DNA of 63,746 bases, counting the filler, from Octopus bimaculoides (taxonomy: Eukaryota): the NCBI RefSeq assembly GCF_001194135.2. It is 5 parts of 4 records of this genome, joined end to end, with 100 filler letters (N's around TTAATTAATTAA, not from the genome) between each part and the next. Parts side by side here need not be neighbours in the genome. Positions count along the whole stretch, not along the records: positions 1 to 6,664 come from NC_069005.1; positions 6,765 to 14,360 come from NC_068984.1; 3 more parts are not named here. The stretch is one strand, 5' to 3'. Under the pieces are notes generated by a model. It made no database searches. It was not told the origin of the DNA and was given only the letters and a program-made list of their open reading frames with translations. This document shows, one piece after another, positions 1 to 12,214 of the stretch. Both the position numbers and the translations under genes were made by a program. How positions within the stretch are numbered: position 1 is the stretch's first letter; every line of letters starts with the position of its first letter.

Positions 1-306
1 CCAAAAGGATGAAAGGCAAAGTCGACCTCGGCGGAATTTGACGAAATACCGCTAAGCATTTCGCCTGGCATGCTAACGATTCTTATTTCTTTACTGCCCG
101 CAAGGGGCTACACATAGAGGGGACAAACAAGGACAGACAAAGGGATTAAGTCGATTACATCAACCCCAGTGCGTGACTAGTACTTAATTTATCGACCCCG
201 AAAGGATGAAAGGCAAAGTCGACCTCGGCGGAATTTGAACTCAGAACGTAAAGATAGACGAAATACCACTAAGCATCTCGCCCTGCGTGCTAACGATTCT
301 GCCAGA
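1..306 (-). mobile_element. tRNA-derived SINE family A, head-to-tail dimer (Nin/Deu-like core)
   Basis: Core ggatgaaaggcaaagtcgacctcggcggaatttgaactcagaac occurs twice and recurs about 20 times in the window (near 7420, 8410, 8825, 9130, 20510, 20745, 20970, 24690, 26930, 33180, 46270, 46510, 49170, 50560, 53300, 63230, 63430). The minus strand has A/B-box-like motifs. The domain name is recalled, not searched. Confidence 0.85.
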
Positions 307-417
307 CCTGTGCCTACACGCATACACACACACACCCACACACACTGGGGCACTGCCTTGAAAATTTTAGCCGAATGGAGGGACCTTGTACTTATTCTAA
401 CAAGCATGAAATGATGA

Positions 418-586
418 AAGTGGTGATGGTGGCAGCAGCGGTGGTGGTGGTGGTGGTGGTGGTGATAATGACAATGATCATGATGATGATGATGGTGGTG
501 ATGATGATGGTGGTGATGATGATGGTGGTGGTGGTGGTGGTGGTGGTGGTGGTGGTGCTGATAACTACGACGATGATGATGATGCA
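418..586. repeat. Compound (GGT)n/(GAT)n microsatellite
   Basis: Directly visible; source of the poly-His/Val/Thr ORFs. Confidence 0.95.
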
Positions 587-900
587 TGCAATATGGTCAA
601 ATGAGTATGATATTCCCAATGAGCTGAGTTCGATCTCAGTGAGTAGCATCATTTTTTTTTTCAAAGACAACTGTCTGTGATATGAGGTGACATTTGGCNN
701 NNNNNNNNNNNNNNNNNNNNNNNNNNNNNNNNNNNNNNNNNNNNNNNNNNNNNNNNNNNNNNNNNNNNNNNNNNNNNNNNNNNNNNNNNNNNNNNNNNNA
801 TTGTACTGGGGTGGGAGCAGTGTTTGATCCACTCCATCCTTGCCACTCCCTTACAAACATCACTCATACATCAGATAAAAAAAAAGTATTCATTTTTATT

Positions 901-932
901 AATATTATTTTTCCTTTACTTTCATTTACAGA
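901..932 (+). promoter_or_regulatory. Strong 3' splice acceptor opening the exon that carries the GPCR leader and CDS (exon 932-1950)
   Basis: ttatttttcctttactttcatttacAG|aac: long pyrimidine tract with CAG at 929-931. Confidence 0.6.
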
Positions 933-940
933 ACAAGTTC

Positions 941-1081
941 ATGGACATCAAATCCAAAAAGCCAAAAATTATTCCAGAAGGATTATCCGAAGGATTCTAT
1001 TTCCATTTTGAAAATTATCAGCTTTCACTTATAAATCCCACGATATTTCAAAAAATTGCTTTAGAGAATGTCTTGAAGTGA
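941..1081 (+). other. 46-codon upstream ORF (MDIKSKKPKIIPEG...ENVLK*) in the putative GPCR leader
   Basis: ATG 941, TGA 1079-1081; in frame with the 932 acceptor; non-repetitive sequence. Confidence 0.35.
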
Positions 1082-1182
1082 AAGCAAAAGGAAAAGAAGT
1101 TTTGAAAATATAAATCTGTAGATTTTTATTTAAATTTATGTAAACAGTTCCAAACAAGATAAAGCCCCCTTCTTCCAAAAAA

Positions 1183-1950
1183 ATGTTGCCGGACTACCAA
1201 GCCCTGTCGTGGGTCGTCCTCTGCCCAATAGCCATAGTGACAAATTGCTTTGGTGCCATCATCATTAGCCATTATAAAAGCTCCTACATCGGAACAGATA
1301 TGGTTCTGATTACACTCCTGTTGGCAATGGCAGCCAACGCTGGTATCTTGCTCCTCGTTCCTGCCGTTTATGTCATGCTAAACATAACCTGGAGTACAGG
1401 GCTGTGTTTCTTTTACATTTGGATTTTTGGCTTCCTTCGTGCGGTCGGTCTCATCGGACTGTTCATACTCAGCTTCCACTGGTCCCATGTTTCAAAGCTA
1501 ACCCCTTTGAATCGCATCCAGATGCCCAGTTTTCCAATCAAAAGCTCTCTTCTGGTCACGGTGCTCATCTCCATAATAGTAGGCATCTTACCATTGGTTC
1601 GCATCCTGATGCGACCCGACCCCTTCGATAAAACTCTTCCCTGTATGTTCCTTACCTATGACGCCGATCCAGCTCTGGCCATTTTCATCATCATTCTAAC
1701 TCTGGTGGTTTTCTTTGCGATTATCATCTGCCTCATCGACTCCGGTCTTCTCCTGCACAGCTACAAGTCCATGTTCCTACTCAAATATAAATCCGGCGGC
1801 TACTACGACACCGAACGAGCTCGTGCCACGTGGAGTCGAACTGGCATCATCAGTGACACGTACTCGGAGATCAACAACACTTTCGATCTATGGAGGGTCG
1901 TACTACTTCAGTTTCTTCTGTCCACTTTAATCAACCACATTCCATATTTG
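1183..1950 (+). CDS. First coding exon (256 codons, TM1-TM6) of a class-A orphan GPCR, GPR153/GPR162-like; the TM7/C-tail exon was not found
   Basis: ATG in an A-rich context (aaaaATG). Six hydrophobic helices. TM1 Asn (IVTNCFG), ECL1/TM3 WSTGLC, ECL2 Cys (PCMFLTYD), TM4 ILPLV, TM6 NHIPYL. GTAAGT donor at 1951 (phase 0); the ORF track reads on into the intron and (GT)n. Motifs align by eye to GPR153 (WNEGLC, LSYH, ALPAVG, GCRF, GFPVL); no DRY. Exon confidence is high, family assignment about 0.55. Confidence 0.9.
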
Positions 1951-3767
1951 GTAAGTTTATTTCTTGTTTTAGTGTGTGTGTGTGTGATAATCTCTTTTTT
2001 CATGAATATATACATACATGAATAATACATACATATTCTTTTATTTGTTTCAGTCCTTTGACTCTGTGTGTGTGTGTATATGTATATATATATATGTATA
2101 TATATATATGTATATATATATATGTATATATATTTATACATCTGCATGCATGTAAGCATGTATAGGTCACAGATGAAATTCAGGTATTCCCCGTATAGAA
2201 GACTCATAGTATTATGCAAAAGATTCAAACTTAGATTCCAATGTCTTTACAGGGAATCATTCCACGAGGTAAAGTATGGCTATAAGAGGGATCAGGTTAA
2301 GCAGGTACAGAAGCAAGTATGGGGATATATATATATATATATATATATCCCACATTAATTTTACAAGAATATAAATAAAACATAAAAAACAGACAGAGTT
2401 GTAACTCTTTTAAATAAAATAATATATTCCTCCATACACAATCATACAAAACCCCTTATTTTGTATTTATTTTTACTCACATATATATATATATATATAC
2501 ATGCACACATATAAATATGCATGCTTTATATACATAAGATATACATACACAATATATATATGTATGTGTGTGTGTGTATACATGCATACAAACATGATCT
2601 CATTCACATACATTCATTAATAAAACATATTACCACATCAGAGAAATAAATCAACAACATAAAAGGTTCCATCCTATAATATACATAATAAGTATACATC
2701 TATATATATATATATATATATATACCGGAGGAAGCACATGAAATGTGCAACAAAACTGTCCGATGAACGGGAACGTGAAACTCAGAGTAACAGTCTTTTG
2801 TTATATTTNNNNNNNNNNNNNNNNNNNNNNNNNNNNNNNNNNNNNNNNNNNNNNNNNNNNNNNNNNNNNNNNNNNNNNNNNNNNNNNNNNNNNNNNNNNN
2901 NNNNNNNNNNNNNNNNNNNNNNNNNNNNNNNNNNNNNNNNNNNNNNNNNNNNNNNNNNNNNNNNNNNNNNNNNNNNNNNNNNNNNNNNNNNNNNNNNNNN
3001 NNNNNNNNNNNNNNNNNNNNNNNNNNNNNNNNNNNNNNNNNNNNNNNNNNNNNNNNNNNNNNNNNNNNNNNNNNNNNNNNNNNNNNNNNNNNNNNNNNNN
3101 NNNNNNNNNNNNNNNNNNNNNNNNNNNNNNNNNNNNNNNNNNNNNNNNNNNNNNNNNNNNNNNNNNNNNNNNNNNNNNNNNNNNNNNNNNNNNNNNNNNN
3201 NNNNNNNNNNNNNNNNNNNNNNNNNNNNNNNNNNNNNNNNNNNNNNNNNNNNNNNNNNNNNNNNNNNNNNNNNNNNNNNNNNNNNNNNNNNNNNNNNNNN
3301 NNNNNNNNNNNNNNNNNNNNNNNNNNNNNNNNNNNNNNNNNNNNNNNNNNNNNNNNNNNNNNNNNNNNNNNNNNNNNNNNNNNNNNNNNNNNNNNNTCTC
3401 TCTCTCTCTATCTATCTCTCTCTCTCACACACATGTATGTAAGTATGTACATATAATTCCAACCCTTGAGCACAAACCTCAATACAGGAGGCTTTCCAAT
3501 CGGTTTAAGTTGCAGTATTAAAGAAAGATTTAAAAATTAATGGATTTAGGTTAAAATACAATTAGACGTGGCTCAACCATTTTAATATTTAGGGTATTGA
3601 GTGAGATGCGGTAGATTAATTTCACACATATTTACAATTTTCAACTAGCTATCAATCACCATCACCATCATCATCTTCATTTAACATCCATTTTCTATGC
3701 TGGCATGGGTTGGACAGTTTGACTGAAAACTGGAACACTGGGGTAAACACCAGGCTCCAATCTTACT

Positions 3768-4170
3768 CAGGACACTGACCTCCTGGAAACTGTTAAGAGA
3801 AGTGCAACCAAGCAAATACCCTCCATCGGGCATCTACCATATTCTGAACGCCTAACTTCACTAGGCATGGATACACTGAAGATCCGACGTCTGGCAACTG
3901 ACTTGGTAAACACCCACAAAATTATCAACCATTGTCTCAACAACAACGTTGAGCCCTATTTTGAATTCCATGTGTCTAACACATGTGGGCATGACTACAA
4001 AGTCAGAAAACAGCACAGCTCCCACGACTTTCAGAAACGTGTTTTTTTTTCACACTCAGAGTGAGTTGCTGAAGCATGGAACAAACTCCCTGCATCAGTT
4101 GTCAGCTGCCGAGACATTGCATCCTTTGAAACCTCCATGCTCCCTGAAATTCACCAAACACTACACCTGA
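3768..4170 (+). mobile_element. CR1-clade LINE ORF2 C-terminal relic
   Basis: DLLETVKRSATKQIP...LPYSERLTSLGMDTLKIRRLATDLVNTHKII...NTCGHDYKVRK...FF, then after a frameshift RVAEAWNKLPASVV; matches the CR1 pattern LE.VQRRATK / Y.ERL..L.L / RRLRGDL / TRGH..K / RVV..WN.LP. Confidence 0.85.
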
Positions 4171-4493
4171 TATCCCCCCACCCTCCACACACATGCACAC
4201 ATGTATATCATGACTCATACACTTTCACTTTCCTGACTTTTGTAGATAACTTTATGTATTATACATGCATCTTTGATGAGTTGTAGTGCACCTGAACACT
4301 ACACACAATAATTTTGCTATTATTATTATTATTATTATTATTATTACACACACACACACACACATATGCATGTATAGTTTGCAGTTCCATTATAGATAGG
4401 ATCAATAAAAAAATGTACTCCATTCTGTGAGAGATAAATACTATTTTAGTTAATTCTTTTGTATTTGTATCCACTTCATTTTTGTACCTAAAT

Positions 4494-4565
<72 letters not shown>

Positions 4566-4883
4566 ACAAAATAGTTTCAAAATATTCAGACCGATACATT
4601 TGATAAAATAGGTACCAGACAGATTTAAGAGAGATTTGACTGCTATTTCTAGCAGTCTAAACAACACTGCAGAGGTTTCCCTGTTGACGTTCCTTTTCAT
4701 GTTATCCTTAACATAAGCAGCTATTAAGTGCCAAATAGCGTGTGCGTGACATTGGGGTGGAGGGGCACAAAATGTGTGACCTTAGGCCAATGTTATAAAT
4801 CAGTTGAATGTATATAATCTCACATCAACACAACGAAACGTGTACATACACCGCACATATACACTCTTTGCATGTACATGCTT

Positions 4884-4926
<43 letters not shown>

Positions 4927-5512
4927 CCCATACACATATTTCAAAGGATAATAGTTTTAATTGAAGAGGAAGATTTGTCGTTTAATAGTCAACTGATTTC
5001 CTAAATGATAATAATAATAATGATGGTGGTGGTGGTGGTGACAATGACTGATTATCCGCTTATATTAAGCTAATTTGATAAAATGACAGATTAATTTCAA
5101 ATTATTATTATGATGATATAACAATTAAAGTTGAACTGTTTCTTCCCTCACTCCAACCCGCACCCACTCTGGTAAATGAAAATGAAAGTAGGAACATGGA
5201 ACGGCCAACTGGATTGGACAGCAAAGAACCTGTCAAGAAGCTGGTTGTTTGGTGCTGCTATTGATGCTCTACTGACTCTGTGACAAAGCTATTTTGTTGT
5301 TTGTTCCTTCTCGAGCCATGCCTGGCTCATAAGGGCCAGTTTCCCGGTTTCATTGGCGTATGGGTTCCCCACCTGGAATTTTCTCTGACTCTCTAACACG
5401 ATGCAATATTACAGAGTGATTTCACAGAAAATTAAACAACTTCACAAATTTACCACAGAAAATCATAGTAAAGCTAACACAAACATAACGTAATTCTCTT
5501 CTTCATAACAAT

Positions 5513-5901
5513 TGTTGTTGTTGGCACTCCGTCGCTTACGACGTCGAGGGTTCCAGTCGATCTGATCAACGGAACAGCCTGCTCGTGAAATTAACGTGCA
5601 AGTGGCTGAGCACTCCACAGACACGTGTAACCTTAACGTGGTTCTCGGGGATATTCAGCGTGACACAGAGTGTGACAAGGCTGACCCTTTGAATTACAGG
5701 CACAACAGAAACAGGAAGTAAGAGTGAGAGAAAGTTGTAGTGGAAGAGTACAGCAGGGTTCGCCACCACCCCCTGCCGGAGCCTCGTGGAGCTTTAGGTG
5801 CTTTCGCTCAATAAACACTCACAACGCCCGGTCTGGGAATCGAAACCGCGATCCTATGACCGCGAGTCCGCTGCCCTTACCACTGGGCCATTGCGCCTCC
5901 A
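5513..5901 (-). mobile_element. Full-length tRNA-derived SINE (family E) with 12-bp target-site duplication
   Basis: Minus-strand head ggcgcaaTGGCCCAGTGGtaagg...GGTTTCGATTCC (A and B boxes); (CAA)n tail; TSD CTTCATAACAAT at 5501-5512 and 5902-5913. Confidence 0.9.
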
Positions 5902-6617
5902 CTTCATAACAATACTACTAGCACAAAAATGCACAGTCCACCCTCTCTGAATATGACTTTAAAGTGCTTCAGGTAGAGGGGCCCTGGTTCAGGAGTGTGG
6001 CCACAGTCTATTGGCTGAATGTAGAACACTCCCCACTTAGGTTTGTTTGTGCCATATTGTTAATATATATATATTTTATCATGTTTGTGTGTGTATCTGT
6101 GTATATGTGTGTGTGTATGTATGAATTGTGTATATGTGTATGTATGTGAATTTGTGTGTGTGTGTGTGTGTGTGTGAATTTGTATCTGTGTGAGTATGTG
6201 TGTGTGTGTGAATTTGTATGTGTGTATCAGTGTGAATTTGTATGTGTGTATCAGTGTGAATTTGTATGTGTATGTGTGTGTGTGTATGTTATATGTAAGT
6301 GTGTTGTTGTGTGGGTATGAATATCATCTACCTGTACTCACAATGGTATAATATACAGCATAAATTATACATAACTTGCAATATCCATTTTTCCCCCAAG
6401 TTTAACCAGTTTGGTTCAGGTGGGATAATCACAGAAACATTGTTTATTGAACAAAACACTAAATGCTTCTAATCAGCTGAGCAATCTTGATTACCACCAA
6501 CTCACATTGGTAACGGACAGACTAACTCAGATATCGGTCATTGACAAAACAATAATGGCCTCTATTAGAGCTTTTATCAGCCTAAGTGAAATACCTATAT
6601 CGAAAAACCATATATGT

Positions 6618-6664
<47 letters not shown>

Positions 6665-6764
6665 NNNNNNNNNNNNNNNNNNNNNNNNNNNNNNNNNNNN
6701 NNNNNNNNTTAATTAATTAANNNNNNNNNNNNNNNNNNNNNNNNNNNNNNNNNNNNNNNNNNNN
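6665..6764. other. Artificial 100-bp scaffold spacer (44 N + TTAATTAATTAA + 44 N)
   Basis: Identical construct at four places; the 12-mer gives stops in all six frames. Confidence 0.92.
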
Positions 6765-6801
<37 letters not shown>

Positions 6802-7643
6802 ATATTTATATATGTATATATATGTATGTATGTATTTATGTGTGTGTGTGTCTGTGTTCCCCCACCCCCGCCATCACTTGACAACCGATGCTGGTGTGTT
6901 TATGCCCCCATAACTTAGCGGTGTGGCAAAAGAGAACAATAGAATAAGTACTAGGCTTACAAAGATTAAGTCCTGGGGTTGAGTTCTTCAACTAAAACCG
7001 TTTAAGGCAGTACTCCAGCATGGCCTCAAGCAAATGACTGAAACAAGTAAAAGAATAAAAAGACAGATAGATAGATACATACATACATACATATATACAT
7101 GAGTTGTAGAAGAGGGAGTAAGTGATAAAGAGGGAGTATACAGTTGTTATGTTGTTGTCTTGTCAGTTATCCAGAAATAAGTCTCATGTGTGCATGTGTG
7201 TGTGTGTGTATGTGTTTGTTTTTAAGAGCAGAGCAGGAGGGGAGTAACACTAACTACTGTTAACAAGAACAGACTTAGATAATATTAACAATAATAATAA
7301 TAGTAATGATTTGTATCTTTGGCATAAGGCCACAAATTTATTGAGAAGAGATGTAGTCAACTCTGCCTATTACTGGTAACAGTAGCAATAGTAACAATGA
7401 CAAAAACAGTAACAATAATTCTTACTACTATAGACACAGAGCCTGAAATTTGGGGGAAAGGGTCTATTGGTTACATTGATCCCCAGTCCTCAACTAGTAC
7501 TTATTTTATCAACCTCAAAAGCATGAAAAGCAAAACCAGCCTTGGAAGAATTTGAACTCAAAACATGTAGTCAAAAGAAATGCTATTAAACATTTTGTCT
7601 GGTGTAATAATGATTCCACCAGTTTTTCATTCTAAATAAATAA

Positions 7644-7644
<1 letters not shown>

Positions 7645-7717
<73 letters not shown>

Positions 7718-7747
7718 TGATGATGATGATGATGATGGTGGTGATGG

Positions 7748-7790
<43 letters not shown>
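7645..7790. repeat. Compound (AAT)n-(GAT)n microsatellite
   Basis: Directly visible. Confidence 0.95.
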
Positions 7791-7791
<1 letters not shown>

Positions 7792-7867
7792 GCCCTGATG
7801 CAATACCAATGCCCTGATACAGTATCAGACTGGCTTTCATGGCTTTTGATCTTAAGTGATTGGAAGT

Positions 7868-8306
7868 GTTATCATGTACATTGTTTTGTCTTGGTATAAA
7901 AGATGAGCTACAGCAAATATTCTGCTCAGTACCACAGATCTGCTTGTCAGTTGTTTGACCTTAACCGGTTGAGCATATCCCCTGGTGGATGATGATATGT
8001 GCATCTCTGATCATGAGCAGAAGTAGTTGGAGGAGCATCATAACCATATGTGTTGAGAGGAATTCTTTGGGGTTTGGATAATTCACCTTCAGAAACATGG
8101 GTGTTTTGTTCAACATCCTTAAACAACCCTTATTCAGGGACTTTCTGAGTGGGATGGGCTATTTGACCTGAAGAAAATTCTAATTGGGTCCCACCTGCAA
8201 GATCATGCGCTGTTAATCTTGATATGAGATCACCATGTCGCACACATATGGTTGTGATGTATGTGCCTGGTGTACCCTTATCAGATGGGTAGTCATGATG
8301 GGTATA
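7868..8306 (-). mobile_element. Dispersed repeat family D (retroposon-like, class unassigned)
   Basis: Shares sequence with 46760-46915 (same orientation) and about 51780-52040 (opposite orientation). Confidence 0.6.
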
Positions 8307-8577
8307 ATGGGCTTTGTATATTTTTACTCCGGTGTCACTTTGATGGCATGCACTGCTCTCTCACTCAATAATAATAATGATGATAGTAATAATAATAATA
8401 ATTTCTTTCTAATTTTGACACAAGGCCAGCAGTTTTTGGAGAGGGGTTAGTCAATTACACTGACCTTAGTATTCATTTGGTACTTATTTTATTGATCCCT
8501 AAAGAATGAAAGGCAAAATTGACTTTGGCAGATTTGATCTCAGAACATAAAACCAGAAGAAATTCTGCTGCTGCTCC

Positions 8578-8637
<60 letters not shown>

Positions 8638-8821
8638 CAACAACAACACCTACAAAAATCAACATTGCTTGGAACTGCAAGAATTCTTCACAGAGTTCTT
8701 GGAGCATGACCAGTAAACAAGTGTCACCTTAGTCTGCTGGCTGTGAACAGTAAAATAAGCTGTAAGTTTCCGTGTAATAATGCTGATGATGATGATGGGG
8801 AGGATGGGGAGGAGGAGGAGG

Positions 8822-9076
8822 CTTTTCTATTATAGGCATAAGGCCCGAAATTTTGGGATATGGAGCAGGTTGATTACATTGATTACAAAACGTAACTAGT
8901 TCTTATTTTATTGACCTGGAAAGGATGAAAGGCAAAGTCAACCTTGGTGAAATTTGAACTCAGAACATAAATATGGATGAAATGCCACTAAGCATTGCAT
9001 CCAGCATGCTAATGATTCTGCTAGCTAGCATAATAATAATGATAATTCATTTTTTATTGGTCACAAGGGCTAATAC

Positions 9077-9127
<51 letters not shown>

Positions 9128-9312
9128 GTTTCAAATTTTGGCACAAGGCCAGCAATGTCAGGGAAGGGGTAAGTCAATTACATCGACTCCAGTGTTCAAC
9201 TGGTATTTATTTTATCAACCCTGAAAGGATGAAAGGCAAAGTTGACCTCGGCAGGATTTGAACTCAGAACATAAAGACAGATGAAGTGCCTCTAAGCATT
9301 TCATCCAGCATG
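8822..9312 (-). mobile_element. Two CpG-decayed SINE family A copies separated by (AAT)n
   Basis: Family A core with many CG>TG/CA changes. Confidence 0.75.
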
Positions 9313-9677
9313 TGTGTGTGTATATATATACGATGAGCTTTTTTCAGTTTCCATCTACCAAATCCACTCACAAGACTTTGGCCTGGGGCTATAGCAGAAG
9401 ACACTTGCCCAAGGTGCACTCAGTGGTATTGAACCCAAAACCATGTCATTAGGAAGCAGATTTCTTACCACATTACTAATTGTTTTTTTTTAATAAAAAT
9501 ATGGATATATTGAATAATGTGATCTTGAGTTACTTGAAGAAAGGAAAAAGAAAGGATGGTCATAGCTGGAAAATCTTTGATTATAGGTCTTCTTAGTCAG
9601 GTTTGACTCGGGGCTAAACAACAACAACTTGTCAGATACAACATATACTCTCTACACGAGTGATACTCAATCAGAAC

Positions 9678-9859
9678 TACAAGGGGGTGCTGAAAAGTTC
9701 CTGTCTTTAAGGGTATCACAAAAGGCCTGGTTGGAGATCTAACATTCCTAGTTCTTTTACAGAGGGACTGCTGCAATAAGTGTGTGAGTCTGAGAGGAGA
9801 ATATATCAAATAAAATCATAATTTACCCAAAGCCAGGAACTTTTCAGCACCAGCTTGTA
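9678..9859 (+). mobile_element. Mariner-derived MITE, 31-bp TIRs including the TA target duplication
   Basis: TAcaagggggtgctgaaaagttcctgtcttt versus aaagccaggaacttttcagcaccagcttgTA (28/31); internal CNKCVSLRGEYIK* matches the mariner transposase C-terminus. Confidence 0.85.
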
Positions 9860-11044
9860 TATTTACCCTCTGGGGTAAAAATTTATGGAGATATTTTTAC
9901 CAAAGGATAAATGTTGCAATTTTGAAAAAAGAAGAATTCAAAAGAGTTGCAGTTGATTTCTGCATTAAACTCAAACATGCATTCCCACTTTTACTCCATA
10001 GGTTTTCAAAGTACTTGTTTGCTTTGTCGAATTCTATTTACGTGAATCAGGCTGCTCTGCTTTAGAAGCAATGGAGACAAAAGCAAGGAACTGCCTGTAA
10101 GACGATGACGACATTTGGGTGGTATTGTCATCAACAGCTCTTGAAATAAATAGACTGGTTGACTTGACTCGGTGAATCAGCAGAGTTCTCACTGATAATA
10201 CTTCTGGTATTTTTGTTTGATCTTGTGAAAAGAAAGAAAAAAAAATTAGATAAACTTACATGTTTTTTTTTGAACTTTTGTTAATTTTCATTGTCATATT
10301 ATGTTTCTTAGATAAATAAATTTTCCTTTTTTTGTTTGATATATTTTTAATGTTTCTTTTTTCCCTTATCAAAGTTTGTGCAAAATCTTAATATTAAACT
10401 TGTTCTGTTCTTCCTTTTTTTATGAGACTATCTTTCTTTCTTTCTTTATTTATTTTTTAAACATGGAAGTGAGAGCGTAAATGCAGGAATATATGAAACA
10501 GAGGGCTTAAATGATAGAGAAAAGGTTGAGAATTACTACTCCACACAGTCACCACTCTACATAAAGTGTGACACATACTCTTACATAATCGATACCTGAC
10601 ACCATCTTGCCAACAACTATCTTACATTCTACACAACTGCTATTCAGTAATATAACACAACACACTCACACAGTACACATTCTGCATATCACTGTACCAT
10701 ACGAAAACACAACAGCCCACATGAAACACAAACAGCACACAACAAAATAATACACCCTATGTGGTACACATACTACACATCACCAGTGATGTAGTGTAGG
10801 GTATGCAGGATGCATAGATTACACAGGGTGGCCACTTTATATACCTGGGCTTGATGTAGTTAAAGATATATTATGTTTATTCTACCTGTTTTATGTTCAA
10901 ACCATCTAGATTGGCCTCTCACATCAACCCTACTATGTCATTTTAAAAATAACTAGTTACCTCATCAAAATATCAAGGGTACAAGATAATGCATGATAAA
11001 TTCAAAACATTGTGAATATATAAGCAATGCATTTGATAGGGTAA

Positions 11045-11305
11045 AGGCACGTGGTTTAATGGTTAGAGTATTCAGCCCATGATCATAAAGACATGATTTC
11101 AATTCCCAACGTGTCGTGTCCTTGAGCAAGATAATTATTTCACATTTCTTCAGTCCATTCAACTGGCAAAAATGAGTAGTACCTGTATTTCAAAGGGCCA
11201 ACCTTGTCACACTCTGTGTCACACTGAATCTCTCTGAGAACTACATTAAGGGTGTATGTGTCTGTGGAGTGCTCAGCACTTTAATTTTGGATCAACTGGA
11301 ACCCT
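11045..11305 (+). mobile_element. Decayed SINE with a second head type (E2) joined to the family E tail
   Basis: tRNA-like head plus gtgtccttgagcaag...cagtccattcaactgg; the 3' half (ccttgtcacactctgtgtcac...gtgtctgtggagtgctcagc...actggaaccct) matches 5550-5700 in reverse complement. Confidence 0.65.
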
Positions 11306-11987
11306 TGTTATAATCAATGGAGTGCATTTGACAGAGTAATGTAAATGCTAAAGGATTAAGGAAGTAAATGGGCAGTATGGCTTCTCCTCAGGTCAGCCAA
11401 AACCCATTGCTAAGCCACTGTACATTATTGCACAACAGTAAACACATAATACCCATTGCACAAAGCATAAACATCATCAAATAGAATAATGTTCCACGCA
11501 TTGCACATATTCTACACAACTAACATTTGAAACACTAAAATAACATCAGAAATAACAAAACAAACCCTGACTATACAAACATAATTCTATTTTTTTCAGA
11601 AAACCAGAACATTGCTGTTTATATCAGCTACTAAACTGTTAATAGAATGCAAGGGTTAATATTCAGCTGACTGTATTGCTCTACTGTTAGAGGATTGTGA
11701 GTACTTGAAAACATTCCAGATGCCAGACACTCAATCTTGGACTATGTTTGTCCCAGACTTGTAGCCACTCCAAAGAGATGAGTTGCAGAAAGACAAACCT
11801 AACAAAAGCTGGCTAGAAAGGGTCTCAGGCACTGTTATTCCCATTCTGACTATATATATATATGTGTATATGTACACACACACAATATAATGACATAATA
11901 ATATATATATATATTTATATAAGAACATACACTGAACCTTACTCCAAAATAATTTTGGCATTAGAGTTCTTATGAATAGAATTGATT

Positions 11988-12087
11988 CAATAGTGAGTAA
12001 TGTAATTAAATTCTTAAATGCTATATTAGATAAAGATCAATAGTGAATTATGTAATTAAATTCTTGAATGCTATATTAGATAAAGAC
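11988..12087. repeat. Two-copy 50-bp tandem duplication
   Basis: caatagtga.t.atgtaattaaattctt.aatgctatattagataaaga twice, about 4 mismatches. Confidence 0.9.
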
Positions 12088-12214
12088 CTCAAATTAGAAG
12101 CTATTAAATTCTAGACCATGTCTCTCAATATTTGTAAAATAGATATAGCTGCGAATACTGAGGAAACACCTCAGTATTTGGCATCATATCAAATTTTAAG
12201 GATTTCAGACCATA

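Noticed and set aside
189-680. Poly-His, poly-Val/Met and poly-Thr ORFs
   Set aside because: Translations of a (GGT)n/(GAT)n microsatellite, open in several frames on both strands.
5830-5901. tRNA genes (also 56627-56700 and the family A/B heads)
   Set aside because: A/B boxes are present but there is no complete cloverleaf, and each is attached to a SINE body or simple-repeat tail.
5937-6040. Candidate GPCR exon 2 (STLSEYDFKVLQVEGPWFRSVATVYWLNVEHSPL), with a PW...V.W spacing recalling GPR153 TM7
   Set aside because: No pyrimidine tract, weak hydrophobicity, and the DNA (tggccacagtcta.tg.ctgaa) resembles a decayed family B SINE tail; worth one junction-read check only.
10002-10065. TM7-like peptide FSKYLFALSNSIYVNQAALL* after a + strand acceptor
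   Set aside because: Phase 2, incompatible with the phase-0 donor at 1951; stops at once; lies beyond a scaffold join.
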